From Oscillospiraceae bacterium (GTDB lineage Bacteria > Bacillota > Clostridia > Oscillospirales > Ruminococcaceae), in contig JBMNPF010000007.1 of NCBI GenBank assembly GCA_050943475.1, forward strand, positions 41,523 to 105,522: a stretch of 64,000 nt of DNA, given 5' to 3'. Positions within the stretch are counted from its first letter, which is position 1. Each line of letters opens with the position of its first letter. A program made the translations under genes and the position numbers. The notes under the pieces are model-generated. The model saw only the letters and a program-made list of their open reading frames with translations. It was not told the origin of the DNA and did no database searches. This document shows, piece after piece, positions 40,844 through 53,821 of the stretch.

Positions 40844-41868
40844 TGAAAATACTGGGGATTGAATCCTCCTGCGATGAAACCGCCGCTTCGGTTGTGGCGG
40901 ATGGCCGCACCATCCTGTCCTCGGTCGTGGCGTCGCAGGTGGAAGAACACAAAAAATACGGCGGCGTTGTGCCGGAGATTGCCTCCCGCCGCCATTGCGA
41001 GGACATTGTCGGCGTGGTGAATGAGGCGCTGGAACAGGCAAAGCTCACCCTGTCGGAACTGGACGCGGTTGCCGTTACCTATGCGCCGGGGCTCATCGGC
41101 GCCCTGCTTGTCGGGGTCAATTTTGCCAAGGGCCTTGCAGCGGCAACGCATAAACCGCTTGTTCCGGTGCATCATATTCGTGGGCATATTGCGGCGAATT
41201 ATCTGGCGCATCCGGATTTGAAACCGCCGTTTCTCTGCCTGGTTGTCTCGGGCGGGCACAGCCATATCATCGAAGTGCAGGATTATACCCGCTTTCACGT
41301 TATCGGCCGTACCCATGATGACGCAGTCGGTGAAGCGTACGACAAAGCGGCCCGTACCCTGGGCTTTCCGTATCCCGGCGGGGTGTATATGGATAAAGCC
41401 GCGGCAAAGGGAAATCCGGCGGCGTACAAGCTGCCGCGTCCAGTGGTGGACGGTTGCCCGTACGACTTCAGCTTCTCCGGCCTGAAAACTGCGGTGATCA
41501 ACCTGGTTCACAATGCCTCCCAGAAAGGGCAGGAGCTTTCGGTGAACGACCTTGCCGCCTCGTTTCAGCAAACGGTCTGCGACATCCTTTCTCCGCGGCT
41601 TATGCGTGCGGCGGAGGAATTCGGTTACAAGACCATTGTGCTGGCCGGCGGGGTTTCGGCGAATTCCGGCCTGCGCGCCCGGGTGGAACAGGATTGCAGG
41701 GAGCGCGGCTACACCCTTTATGCACCGCCGCTTGCGCTGTGCGGCGACAATGCCGCCATGATCGCTTCGCAGGGATATTACGAATTTATGGCGGGCCATA
41801 CGGCGGGGCTTGGACTGAATGCAGTGGCTTCTCTGCCTATTGATACCGCTGTTTTGGCAGACAGTTGA
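40840..41868 (+). CDS. tsaD: tRNA N6-adenosine threonylcarbamoyltransferase
   Basis: ILGIESSCDETAA N-terminus. ATG overlaps the rimI stop. Confidence 0.94.
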   Translation: MMKILGIESSCDETAASVVADGRTILSSVVASQVEEHKKYGGVVPEIASRRHCEDIVGVVNEALEQAKLTLSELDAVAVTYAPGLIGALLVGVNFAKGLAAATHKPLVPVHHIRGHIAANYLAHPDLKPPFLCLVVSGGHSHIIEVQDYTRFHVIGRTHDDAVGEAYDKAARTLGFPYPGGVYMDKAAAKGNPAAYKLPRPVVDGCPYDFSFSGLKTAVINLVHNASQKGQELSVNDLAASFQQTVCDILSPRLMRAAEEFGYKTIVLAGGVSANSGLRARVEQDCRERGYTLYAPPLALCGDNAAMIASQGYYEFMAGHTAGLGLNAVASLPIDTAVLADS

Positions 41869-41939
41869 TGCTGTTTGTATACCCCAGGCAGACAACTTGT
41901 GAAAAAAATGAAAATTGATGATTTTTTAACGATTTCGCC

Positions 41940-41968
41940 TTGCAAAAAGGTACCATTTGGTCTATACT
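41940..41968 (+). promoter_or_regulatory. pckG promoter
   Basis: TTGCAA-17 nt-TATACT. Confidence 0.55.
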
Positions 41969-42025
41969 TATAACTGTGGAAATTTTCAGTTTTTCATTTC
42001 AAGAATTGAAAGGAGACCCCCTTAA

Positions 42026-43798
42026 ATGCTGACAAACAACAAAAACGTACTCAACTGGGTCGACGAAATGGTTGCTCTGTGCAAACCGGATAAAGTCGTC
42101 TGGATTGACGGCAGCGAGGAGCAGCTCAATGAACTGCGCGCAGAAGCTACCAAAACCGGCGAGATGATCCCGCTCAACGAAGAAGAGCTGCCGGGCTGCT
42201 ACCTGCACCGCACCGCTGTCAACGACGTTGCGCGTGTAGAGGACAGAACTTTCATCTGCTCCAGAAAGAAAGAAGACGCGGGCCCGACCAACAACTGGTG
42301 CGACCCGAAAGAAATGTATGCAAAACTCACCCCGATGTATGACGGCGTCATGAAAGGCCGTACCATGTACGTCATCCCGTACTCGATGGGCCCGATTGGT
42401 TCTCCGCTCGCAAAAGTCGGCGTTGAGCTGACCGACTCGATCTATGTTGTCCTGAACATGGACATCATGACCCGTATGGGCAAAGACGCATTTGTCAACC
42501 TCGGCGATACTTCCAATGACTTCGTCCGCGGCCTGCATTCCAAAGCGGACATTGACCAGGAGAAACGCTATATCGTCCACTTCCCGGAGGACAACACCAT
42601 TTGGTCCATCAACTCCGGCTACGGCGGAAACGTCCTCCTCGGCAAAAAATGCTTCGCGCTCCGCATTGCTTCCTACCAGGGCAAAAACGAGGGTTGGATG
42701 GCAGAGCATATGCTCATCCTCGGCATTGAGAATCCGAAAGGCGAGGTCAAATACATCACCGCTGCGTTCCCGTCTGCGTGTGGTAAAACAAACCTGGCTA
42801 TGCTGGTTCCGCCGGAGGTTTATTCCAAAGACGGTTACAAGGTTTGGACCGTTGGCGACGACATTGCCTGGCTGAAACAAGGTCCGGACGGCCGTCTGTA
42901 CGCCATCAACCCGGAGAACGGTTTCTTCGGTGTTGCACCGGGCACCAACGCAAAATCCAATCCGAACGCGCTTGCTTCGACCAAGAAGGGCACCATCTTC
43001 ACCAACGTTGTCCTCAATAAGGACACCAACACCGTTTGGTGGGAAGGCCTTGATAAGAATCCGCCGGAAAATGCGCTTGAATGGAAAGGCAATCCGTGGA
43101 ACGGCAAAGAGTCTGCTGAAAAAGGCGCTCATCCGAACAGCCGCTTCACCGCTCCGGCGAAAAACTGCCCGTGCATCAGCCCGGAATTTGACAACCCGAA
43201 CGGTGTGCCGATTTCCGCTATGATCTTCGGCGGCCGTCGTGCAAAGACCGCTCCGCTGGTTTATCAGTCCTTTGACTGGACCCACGGCGTATTTGTCGGC
43301 GCAACCATGGCTTCTGAAACCACCGCTGCCGCTGCCGGCGCAGTTGGCGTTGTCCGCCGTGACCCGATGGCAATGCTGCCATTCTGCGGTTACCATATGG
43401 GCGACTACTTCCAGCACTGGCTCGATATGGGCGAGAAGCTCGGCGACAAAGCACCGAAAATCTTCAACGTCAACTGGTTCCGTCTTGACGATGAAGGCCA
43501 CTTCATCTGGCCGGGCTTTGGCGACAACATGCGTGTCCTGATGTGGATTCTCGACCGCTGCGAAGGCAAGGTCGACGCAGTTGAAACCCCGATTGGTTAT
43601 GAGCCGAAACCGGAAGATATCAACCTCGAGGGCCTCGACATTGATGTTGACGTTGTAAAAGGCCTGCTGGATGTTGACAAGGACCTCTGGAAAGAGGAAG
43701 CCAAGGGCATCCGCGAGTTCTTTGGCAAGTTTGGCGACAAGCTGCCGAAAGAAATGACCAAAGAGTTGGATGAACTCGAAGCTCGCCTGAACAAATAA
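42026..43798 (+). CDS. pckG: Phosphoenolpyruvate carboxykinase (GTP)
   Basis: Kinase-1a FPSACGKTN and GYGGNVLLGKKC motifs; 590 aa. Confidence 0.94.
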   Translation: MLTNNKNVLNWVDEMVALCKPDKVVWIDGSEEQLNELRAEATKTGEMIPLNEEELPGCYLHRTAVNDVARVEDRTFICSRKKEDAGPTNNWCDPKEMYAKLTPMYDGVMKGRTMYVIPYSMGPIGSPLAKVGVELTDSIYVVLNMDIMTRMGKDAFVNLGDTSNDFVRGLHSKADIDQEKRYIVHFPEDNTIWSINSGYGGNVLLGKKCFALRIASYQGKNEGWMAEHMLILGIENPKGEVKYITAAFPSACGKTNLAMLVPPEVYSKDGYKVWTVGDDIAWLKQGPDGRLYAINPENGFFGVAPGTNAKSNPNALASTKKGTIFTNVVLNKDTNTVWWEGLDKNPPENALEWKGNPWNGKESAEKGAHPNSRFTAPAKNCPCISPEFDNPNGVPISAMIFGGRRAKTAPLVYQSFDWTHGVFVGATMASETTAAAAGAVGVVRRDPMAMLPFCGYHMGDYFQHWLDMGEKLGDKAPKIFNVNWFRLDDEGHFIWPGFGDNMRVLMWILDRCEGKVDAVETPIGYEPKPEDINLEGLDIDVDVVKGLLDVDKDLWKEEAKGIREFFGKFGDKLPKEMTKELDELEARLNK

Positions 43799-43815
43799 GC
43801 CGTAATTGCATTTTA

Positions 43816-43850
43816 ATACCGGTACAGCATTGCTGTACCGGTATTTGTTC
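43816..43850 (+). terminator. Intrinsic terminator after pckG
   Basis: ATACCGGTACAGC-ATT-GCTGTACCGGTAT followed by TTGTT. Confidence 0.75.
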
Positions 43851-43880
43851 TCTCTAAAACATAAGGAAGGGGCCCCTGCC

Positions 43881-44414
43881 ATGAGAATTGCAATCCTTGG
43901 TTACAGCGGTGCGGGCAAATCTACGCTGGCGAAAATGCTGTCCGGGTATTATCATTGCCCGGCTCTGTTCCTGGATCAAATCCAATTTGAGCCGGGCTGG
44001 AAAGAACGGGATAAAGCCGAAGCACGGCAGCTTGCCCAGCGGTTTTTGGAAGAGAACCAAAACTGGGTCATTGATGGAAATTATCCGTCTTTTTGCCAGG
44101 AGGAACGGCTGGAACAGGCTGACCAGATTTTTTATCTTGCGTTTAATCGTTTTACCTGTTTCCGGCGCGCTTACCGCCGGTTCCGGGTCAACAGAGGGCG
44201 GGTGCGTGACTGCATGGCGCCTGGGTGTGAGGAGAAGTTTGATTTTGCGTTTGCCAAATGGATTCTGCACGATGGCCGCAGCCGGAAATGCAGGAATTAC
44301 TACCGGGAGGTTATCCGTCGGTATCCGCGGAAAATAAAGGTGTTCAAAAACCAGAGGCAAATTGATGCCTACCTTTCCACACTTGGAATTCGGCCCAGCA
44401 GTTGTAAGCCTTAA
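43881..44414 (+). CDS. P-loop NTPase (adenylate kinase/FlaR topology-modulation-like)
   Basis: Walker A GYSGAGKST. ATG 43881 after AAGGAAGGGG. Confidence 0.7.
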   Translation: MRIAILGYSGAGKSTLAKMLSGYYHCPALFLDQIQFEPGWKERDKAEARQLAQRFLEENQNWVIDGNYPSFCQEERLEQADQIFYLAFNRFTCFRRAYRRFRVNRGRVRDCMAPGCEEKFDFAFAKWILHDGRSRKCRNYYREVIRRYPRKIKVFKNQRQIDAYLSTLGIRPSSCKP

Positions 44415-44504
44415 ATGGATGCGCCATTTCCATTGCTTTTTCATTTTTTGCCTTATCCGTCGGGTTGGCCCTTTGTTTCCATTGGTATCGTTTCATGAAA
44501 GCAA

Positions 44505-44537
44505 TAAAAAGGAGGTGCGTGTGCACCTCCTTTTTTA
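44505..44537. terminator. Bidirectional terminator
   Basis: AAAAAGGAGGTGC-GTGT-GCACCTCCTTTTTT. Confidence 0.8.
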
Positions 44538-45476
44538 TTACGCGAGCGCTTTTAACGTGTATCCGTTCGCTCTCATATCGTCAATGACCCGGCCCAGTAT
44601 TTCAGCATTGTCCCTGGACACTGCATGGAGTAGGTAAATGGCGCCCTCATGCTCCGCGCTGGTAACCTTTTCGTAGGCCTGTTCCGCACCGATTTGGTTA
44701 TCCGGATCCCAGTCGGCGTAGGCGTAGCTCCAAAAGATGGATTTGTAGCCGAGCTGTTGGGTCAGTGCAAGGGTGCGCTCCGAAAATTCACCCATTGGCG
44801 GACGGAACAGGGTCATTTCGTAGTCGAAACTGGTTTTGACAAATTCATGCAGCTTCATAATTTCATCCTTTGCCTCGTCGATGGAGACCGTCGGCATGGA
44901 AGGATGCGACCGACTGTGGTTGCCAACTACGTGGCCCTCGTCAATCATCCGCTGAACCAGATCCGGATTGCGGTTGACATAGTCGTAGGTGACAAAAAAG
45001 ACAGCAGGGCATTCTTTCTCTTTTAATGTGTCTAAAATCTGGCTGGTGTAGCCGTTTTCATAACCTTCGTCAAAGGTTAAGTAGATGACCTTTTCCTGTT
45101 TTTCAATGAAATAGGCATCGTATTTTCCGTATAAATCCTGGTACTGAAGACACCCGGTTGGGCGGTTGCATTCATCTTTATTGACGCCCTGACCCCAGCC
45201 TTTCTTGGTGTTGTCCAGGCTGCTGAGTACGGCAGTGTCCAAATCCGCAGGCTTGGTGTTGGCGGTCTGGGAGCTGGGGGCAGAATCGCTGGAGCTGGAT
45301 TCCGACGAATCAGAACTGCTGGGCTCCAGATCGCTGATGCCGTCGCTGATATCGCCGGAAAGAGAATTGGAATTACCGGAACCCGAACTGGAAGAATCGT
45401 TGTTTTTGCCGTTGTCACATGCGGTGAAGCTAATGCTCAGCGCAAGGACAAGACCGATGAGAACAAGCCGTTTCAT
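44538..45476 (-). CDS. Polysaccharide deacetylase (NodB domain) lipoprotein, PdaA/PdaB-like
   Basis: Lipobox SFTAC, Ser-rich linker, and NodB motifs TFDEGY and GNHSRSHP. ATG 45476 after GGAGG. Confidence 0.85.
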   Translation of the reverse strand: MKRLVLIGLVLALSISFTACDNGKNNDSSSSGSGNSNSLSGDISDGISDLEPSSSDSSESSSSDSAPSSQTANTKPADLDTAVLSSLDNTKKGWGQGVNKDECNRPTGCLQYQDLYGKYDAYFIEKQEKVIYLTFDEGYENGYTSQILDTLKEKECPAVFFVTYDYVNRNPDLVQRMIDEGHVVGNHSRSHPSMPTVSIDEAKDEIMKLHEFVKTSFDYEMTLFRPPMGEFSERTLALTQQLGYKSIFWSYAYADWDPDNQIGAEQAYEKVTSAEHEGAIYLLHAVSRDNAEILGRVIDDMRANGYTLKALA

Positions 45477-45560
45477 GGGCGTAAAAACCTCCAAACAATA
45501 AGATTGCGGTGCCGAAACCGACCCGCACCTTTATTTTGTGCGGTTTCACCGCGGTTATGA

Positions 45561-46922
<1,362 letters not shown>

Positions 46923-47058
46923 GCAAATTTGCAAAGGGGCGTTGAGCCACAGGTAACTGTTATTTTCGGATATCGCTGCGGATATTTAAGGAGTAAAAAC
47001 GGATTATAAACGCCGTGCCGGAAGTTGCCGGAATTGCTTTCCTTTTGTTTCGAAGCAC

Positions 47059-47097
47059 AAAAAAGCCGTTTCCCTTTTGGGGAAACGGCTTTTGCTT
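47059..47097. terminator. Bidirectional terminator between eno and pyrG
   Basis: AAAAGCCGTTTCCC-loop-GGGAAACGGCTTTT. Confidence 0.85.
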
Positions 47098-47107
47098 TGA
47101 AGTTAGA

Positions 47108-48849
<1,742 letters not shown>

Positions 48850-49020
48850 CTGGAAATCATAACTTTTTTCATTCCGGAACCGAAAAATACAGGAAACGGC
48901 AAAACATCCTTTGCTTTTGAGAAACAAAAAGCCGGCCTTGCTTACGCAGAAATCCCCCACAGGGAAAGGTTAAAAAGGCACTTCAAATGAATTGAAAAAA
49001 CGCGCCCGCTTGCAGTTTGC

Positions 49021-50175
49021 TTAAAACGGGGTGCTTTTGCCGATTTTCGCCAGAAAAATGTTTTCGGTGGAAAAGCGCTTGGTCAGGTAAGGGGAGGGCG
49101 GCACCGAAAGAGCCAACTCTTTGCTGGGATCGTCCTCAATGGGAATTCGCATGGAAAGGGTGGTTCCCTCGTAAGGCTCGCTTGTGATGATGCAGATACC
49201 GCCGTGCGCTTCCACCACTTCTCTAACAACGGTAAGCCCCAAGCCATTTCCTGTGTAAGAGTCAGATGCTTTCTGGGTATTGGTATAAAACGGGTCAAAT
49301 ACATAGGGGAGTTCTTCCGCCGGAATGCCCACACCCTTGTCGCTGACAGTGATGACAAAGGACTCCCCCTGTTTCCGGAGCGAGAAGGTGATGACGTTGT
49401 TGAGGTCTGAAAAAACACAGCTGTTTTGAATTGCATTGAGAATTGCGACGGTCAGCCTGCCGGCGTCAATTTGGGTGTAGATAGGCTCTTCTACAATGCT
49501 GCAGCGGAATTCAATATCGGAAGAGGAAAGCAGGCGCTGGATGTTGTCGGCCAATGTCAGACAGAACTTGTTGAGCAGCATGCGCTCTTTCTGCAAAGGC
49601 GCCCCCATGGTAAGCCCGTAATGCTCGCCAATGTTGATGTTTGCGCGCATGATGCTGTAACAGCTGTAGGACAGGCTGTTCAGGTAAACAAGCTCCTCGT
49701 ACATATCCTTCTCATAAAAGGTATTGGCCAGCACGCTGATGACGTTGAAAATACCGAATAACGCATTGCGGTAGGTCTGCGAGTTGATGGCGGAAAGGGC
49801 GTCAGCCGCCGAATTGAGCACAGGCGGTTTCTCTCTGAGGTGTGCAGACACCACGGCAACAAACCTGTCTCCGTCGCGCACCGGCTGAAAGGAGAGCTCC
49901 ACCTGATGCGGGGGAGCGTATACAAAAGAGATCCGGCAGCTTTCTCCTGCCAGAACCATCCGGGCAATGTCGTTAAAATCCACATGGGGAAATACGGTGC
50001 TCAGCCGTGCCGGGCGTTTATCCTCTGAAGAAAGGAGCTTTTCTGAAGCGGCGGCGTTCTCCCATAAGACGTTTAAGTGCCCATCGCAGACAAAAACAGG
50101 GCTGGGAGCGTCCTGATAAAGCGTCTTAATCAAAGTCAGCGTGTCCTGCTTCATGTTGGAATGATCGTTTATCAA
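49021..50175 (-). CDS. Cytoplasmic histidine-kinase-like protein with degenerate H-box
   Basis: Intact N (NAIQNS), G1 (DKGVGIP), F (FDPFY) and G2 (GNGLGL) boxes. The H-box position reads SQTYRNAL. TTG start. Confidence 0.7.
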   Translation of the reverse strand: MINDHSNMKQDTLTLIKTLYQDAPSPVFVCDGHLNVLWENAAASEKLLSSEDKRPARLSTVFPHVDFNDIARMVLAGESCRISFVYAPPHQVELSFQPVRDGDRFVAVVSAHLREKPPVLNSAADALSAINSQTYRNALFGIFNVISVLANTFYEKDMYEELVYLNSLSYSCYSIMRANINIGEHYGLTMGAPLQKERMLLNKFCLTLADNIQRLLSSSDIEFRCSIVEEPIYTQIDAGRLTVAILNAIQNSCVFSDLNNVITFSLRKQGESFVITVSDKGVGIPAEELPYVFDPFYTNTQKASDSYTGNGLGLTVVREVVEAHGGICIITSEPYEGTTLSMRIPIEDDPSKELALSVPPSPYLTKRFSTENIFLAKIGKSTPF

Positions 50176-50344
50176 AATTAAGATACCTCGTTGCTTAACA
50201 ATATATGTTACTATTATATCGAATCGGGTCGAACATGTAAACTTAAAAATTGCGTTTTGAAGCTGCTCGGTCCACTTTCAATAAGTTTTATGGAAAAAGT
50301 TGCATATCCCACCAAAAAAATTCATAGATTTGTGAAGTTGCCCC

Positions 50345-51417
<1,073 letters not shown>

Positions 51418-51433
51418 GTTTTTGAGAAACTGA

Positions 51434-51468
51434 AAAAGAGAGCGGGGTTTCCGCTCTCTTTTTGTTTT
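51434..51468 (+). terminator. Intrinsic terminator after gap
   Basis: AAAAGAGAGCGG-GGTTTC-CGCTCTCTTTTTGTTTT. Confidence 0.85.
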
Positions 51469-51526
51469 CGGCAATTCATTAAAATCATGGGCTTAATCCC
51501 CATTCTGACTTGTAAAGGAATCTCCT

Positions 51527-52303
51527 ATGACAACCGAAGAAATTTACCAAATTGCCATGCAGCAGTCAGCGATTGAACTTGGCTGCAAAACGGAAGATTT
51601 TTTTCAAAATGAGAACAAGCTGGTTTCTTCTGTTTGTTCCAATAAGGCAAGAAGTTATTTGCAGCTTCCATTTTCCTGCCAGATTGTTTCCTATGGATCA
51701 AATGCAGTAGCATCTGTCTCCCCCAATGTAAGTAAGGATGTCAAATGGTATATTGACCATTATAAAGTCCCGGGTTGTTTTGAAACGCCAAATATCAACC
51801 TGCTTGCACAAAAACTGGCACCATATGGGCTTTCACTTTGCTTTATGGCGGAGTATTTTTTGCCGGATGTGCAAGCGCTTCATCCGCTTCGTTGTGACTA
51901 TGAAATAAGGAAACTGTTGCCGGAGGATTTTTCAGAGCTTTATACGCCTGAATGGAGCAATGCGCTTTCTCCTGCGCGCCCGCAATGTAACGTGCTTGGA
52001 ATGGGAGCTTACCATAACGGCAGATTGATTGGTCTGGCTGCATGCACAGCGGATTGTGAGCAAATGTGGCAGATTGGCATTGACGTGCTCCCGTTTTACC
52101 GCCGGCAGGGAATTGCATCTGCACTGACAAGTCGCTTGGCCTTAGAAATATTAGCTTTGGAAAAAGTGCCGTTTTATTGTACTGCGTGGTCAAATCTTTT
52201 TTCTGTTCGCAATGCAATTAAAAGCGGGTTCCGCCCCGCATGGGTTGAGCTTACAGCAAAAGACCAGGCGTTTGTTGAACGGCTGAACAGTACCCGGAAA
52301 TAG
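51527..52303 (+). CDS. GNAT family N-acetyltransferase
   Basis: C-terminal acetyl-CoA motif YRRQGIASALTSRL. Confidence 0.7.
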   Translation: MTTEEIYQIAMQQSAIELGCKTEDFFQNENKLVSSVCSNKARSYLQLPFSCQIVSYGSNAVASVSPNVSKDVKWYIDHYKVPGCFETPNINLLAQKLAPYGLSLCFMAEYFLPDVQALHPLRCDYEIRKLLPEDFSELYTPEWSNALSPARPQCNVLGMGAYHNGRLIGLAACTADCEQMWQIGIDVLPFYRRQGIASALTSRLALEILALEKVPFYCTAWSNLFSVRNAIKSGFRPAWVELTAKDQAFVERLNSTRK

Positions 52304-52366
52304 TTTTAAATATGTTTTAAGCATTGTATTTGCTGGACGCGTAAAATTCAAATGGCTTTGCAAGGG

Positions 52367-52396
52367 AAAGGGCCGGGAATTTTCCCAGCCCTTTTT
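52367..52396. terminator. Bidirectional terminator
   Basis: AAAGGGCCGGGAA-TT-TTCCCAGCCCTTTTT (one mismatch). Confidence 0.7.
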
Positions 52397-52398
52397 GG

Positions 52399-52575
52399 TT
52401 ACTTCATCATGTAGGCAACGTTTTCCATCACGTTCCCAATGGTTTTCATGGCTTTGCCGGCGCTTTTTTTCATGATTTTGCCTCTGCTTTTCTTGGCCTT
52501 CATGACATAGGCGGCTGTGCCGACCGCCGCACCGATTGCTACACCTTTGCCCACTGCGCTGATAAATTGGTTCAT
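52399..52575 (-). CDS. 58-aa small protein (glycine-zipper segment plus Lys-rich tail), not in the ORF track
   Basis: Hand translation gives MNQFISAVGKGVAIGAAVGTAAYVMKAKKSRGKIMKKSAGKAMKTIGNVMENVAYMMK. GGAGGGA lies before the ATG and a terminator follows the stop immediately. Confidence 0.6.
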   Translation of the reverse strand: MNQFISAVGKGVAIGAAVGTAAYVMKAKKSRGKIMKKSAGKAMKTIGNVMENVAYMMK

Positions 52576-53067
52576 CGGAATCCCTCCTGCGATTATGATT
52601 CAATTTGATTTTGTTTTTGCAGTTTTATTGTTGCCTGTCTCGCCAGAAAGATTCCTGTGATTCTTTGCCAATCCGTATTATAAGCGGCTTCTTTTTGTAA
52701 AGTAAGTCTGTGTTTTAATATCATTTAAAATTTTAGCTCGGACAAGAAATTTTAATTTTTAAAAATTTTAAAAAAAGCAACCGCTTTGAATTGAATTCGC
52801 TTTGTAAATGACCGCAGACAGCGGCCGTGCGAGACAACGTAAATATCCGAGGTATTATGGGTTGCAAAATTATTTTATGCATTTTAAAACGCTAAAACCT
52901 TAAATGATAAAACGGTGGCCATAAAGCTTTTTTTAATCATTGGATCACAATAATTGTTTATACGGCTTTGATGCATGCATGGCAGCTGATTTTTCCAGTC
53001 TCTGGACAGGAAATTTTTACCGGATAAACACGTTGCTTGAAATTTATTTACAATGGAGGACGGAACA

Positions 53068-53568
53068 ATGGATATGAACCAATTTTCACTGGCAAAACAT
53101 GACCCGGAAATACTGGAGCTGCTGGCAACCACCGCACACAAGGTTGCCGCACAATGGGCGCTGGATTGCCTGAACCGCGTGCTCCCTGTTTTTGAAGAAA
53201 AATACCCGGATGAAAAAATCCCCGCGCATGCGGTTCAAATTTTGAAGGACTGGATGAACGATAAAATATCCATGTGGGAAGCGCGAAAGTATTGCTGGAC
53301 AGTGCTGAAGCTCGCAAGGGAATTGGAGCCGCAGGACAAGGCTAGCTGTCAGATTGTCCGCGCGGCAAGCCACTGCCTGGCCACCTGTCACGTGCCCACC
53401 CATTCGGAGGGGACGGCAATGTATGCCATATCTGCCATACAACATTTGAACCGGGAAAACAACAAAGAGGATACAATCGCGCGGATGGAAAGCGAAAGGC
53501 AGTGGCAGGTGAAACGTCTGCTGGAACTCCGGGAGAAATCAGCCCCAAATGCACCGGTACACCCTTAA
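53068..53568 (+). CDS. All-helical protein resembling the 'putative immunity protein' (Imm-5-like) family
   Basis: Pattern A..WA.DC...VLP.FE...P.D..P..A......W........AR........AR......A...VRAA.H..A..H recalled from that family. GGAGGA lies 7 nt before the ATG at 53068. Confidence 0.45.
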   Translation: MDMNQFSLAKHDPEILELLATTAHKVAAQWALDCLNRVLPVFEEKYPDEKIPAHAVQILKDWMNDKISMWEARKYCWTVLKLARELEPQDKASCQIVRAASHCLATCHVPTHSEGTAMYAISAIQHLNRENNKEDTIARMESERQWQVKRLLELREKSAPNAPVHP

Positions 53569-53570
53569 GG

Positions 53571-53717
53571 ATGGAGAATCTTTTATCTACGTTTTGCACA
53601 AGAACGCCCTGTGGAAAGTGCTTGATTTTATGGGTATTGGCTGTTTGTGAATCGTGTAACTTTTTACACGCCTGTTTCCACCGGAAAAATTGCCAAATCG
53701 GCAAAAAAATACTATAA
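53571..53717 (+). CDS. Hypothetical 48-aa Cys-rich ORF
   Basis: MENLLSTFCTRTPCGKCLILWVLAVCESCNFLHACFHRKNCQIGKKIL. Starts 2 nt after the upstream stop, has no good SD, and its 3' end overlaps the pdxK promoter. Confidence 0.25.
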   Translation: MENLLSTFCTRTPCGKCLILWVLAVCESCNFLHACFHRKNCQIGKKIL

Positions 53718-53718
53718 T
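53690..53718 (+). promoter_or_regulatory. Distal pdxK promoter
   Basis: TTGCCA-17 nt-TATAAT. Confidence 0.55.
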
Positions 53719-53771
53719 AGTTCTGGTTAATTCGTAAAAAACGAGGCGGACCGTTTCGCAGTTTTTCCTTT

Positions 53772-53800
53772 TTGCAGTTCGCTGTTTCTTTTCTTATAAT
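53772..53800 (+). promoter_or_regulatory. Proximal pdxK promoter
   Basis: TTGCAG-17 nt-TATAAT, 21 nt before the ATG. Confidence 0.55.
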
Positions 53801-53821
53801 AAATACAGATGGAGGAAATCA

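Noticed and set aside
49985-50010. Possible third copy of the repeat core (CCCGGCACGGCTGAGCACCG on the minus strand)
   Set aside because: The match is only about 15 nt, lies inside the kinase-like coding region and has no flanking similarity. It is most likely chance.
52190-52603. 137-aa track ORF on the minus strand
   Set aside because: It is an Arg/His/Glu-rich nonsense-like sequence that reads through a terminator hairpin. The alternative frame holds a 58-aa ORF with an RBS and a terminator.
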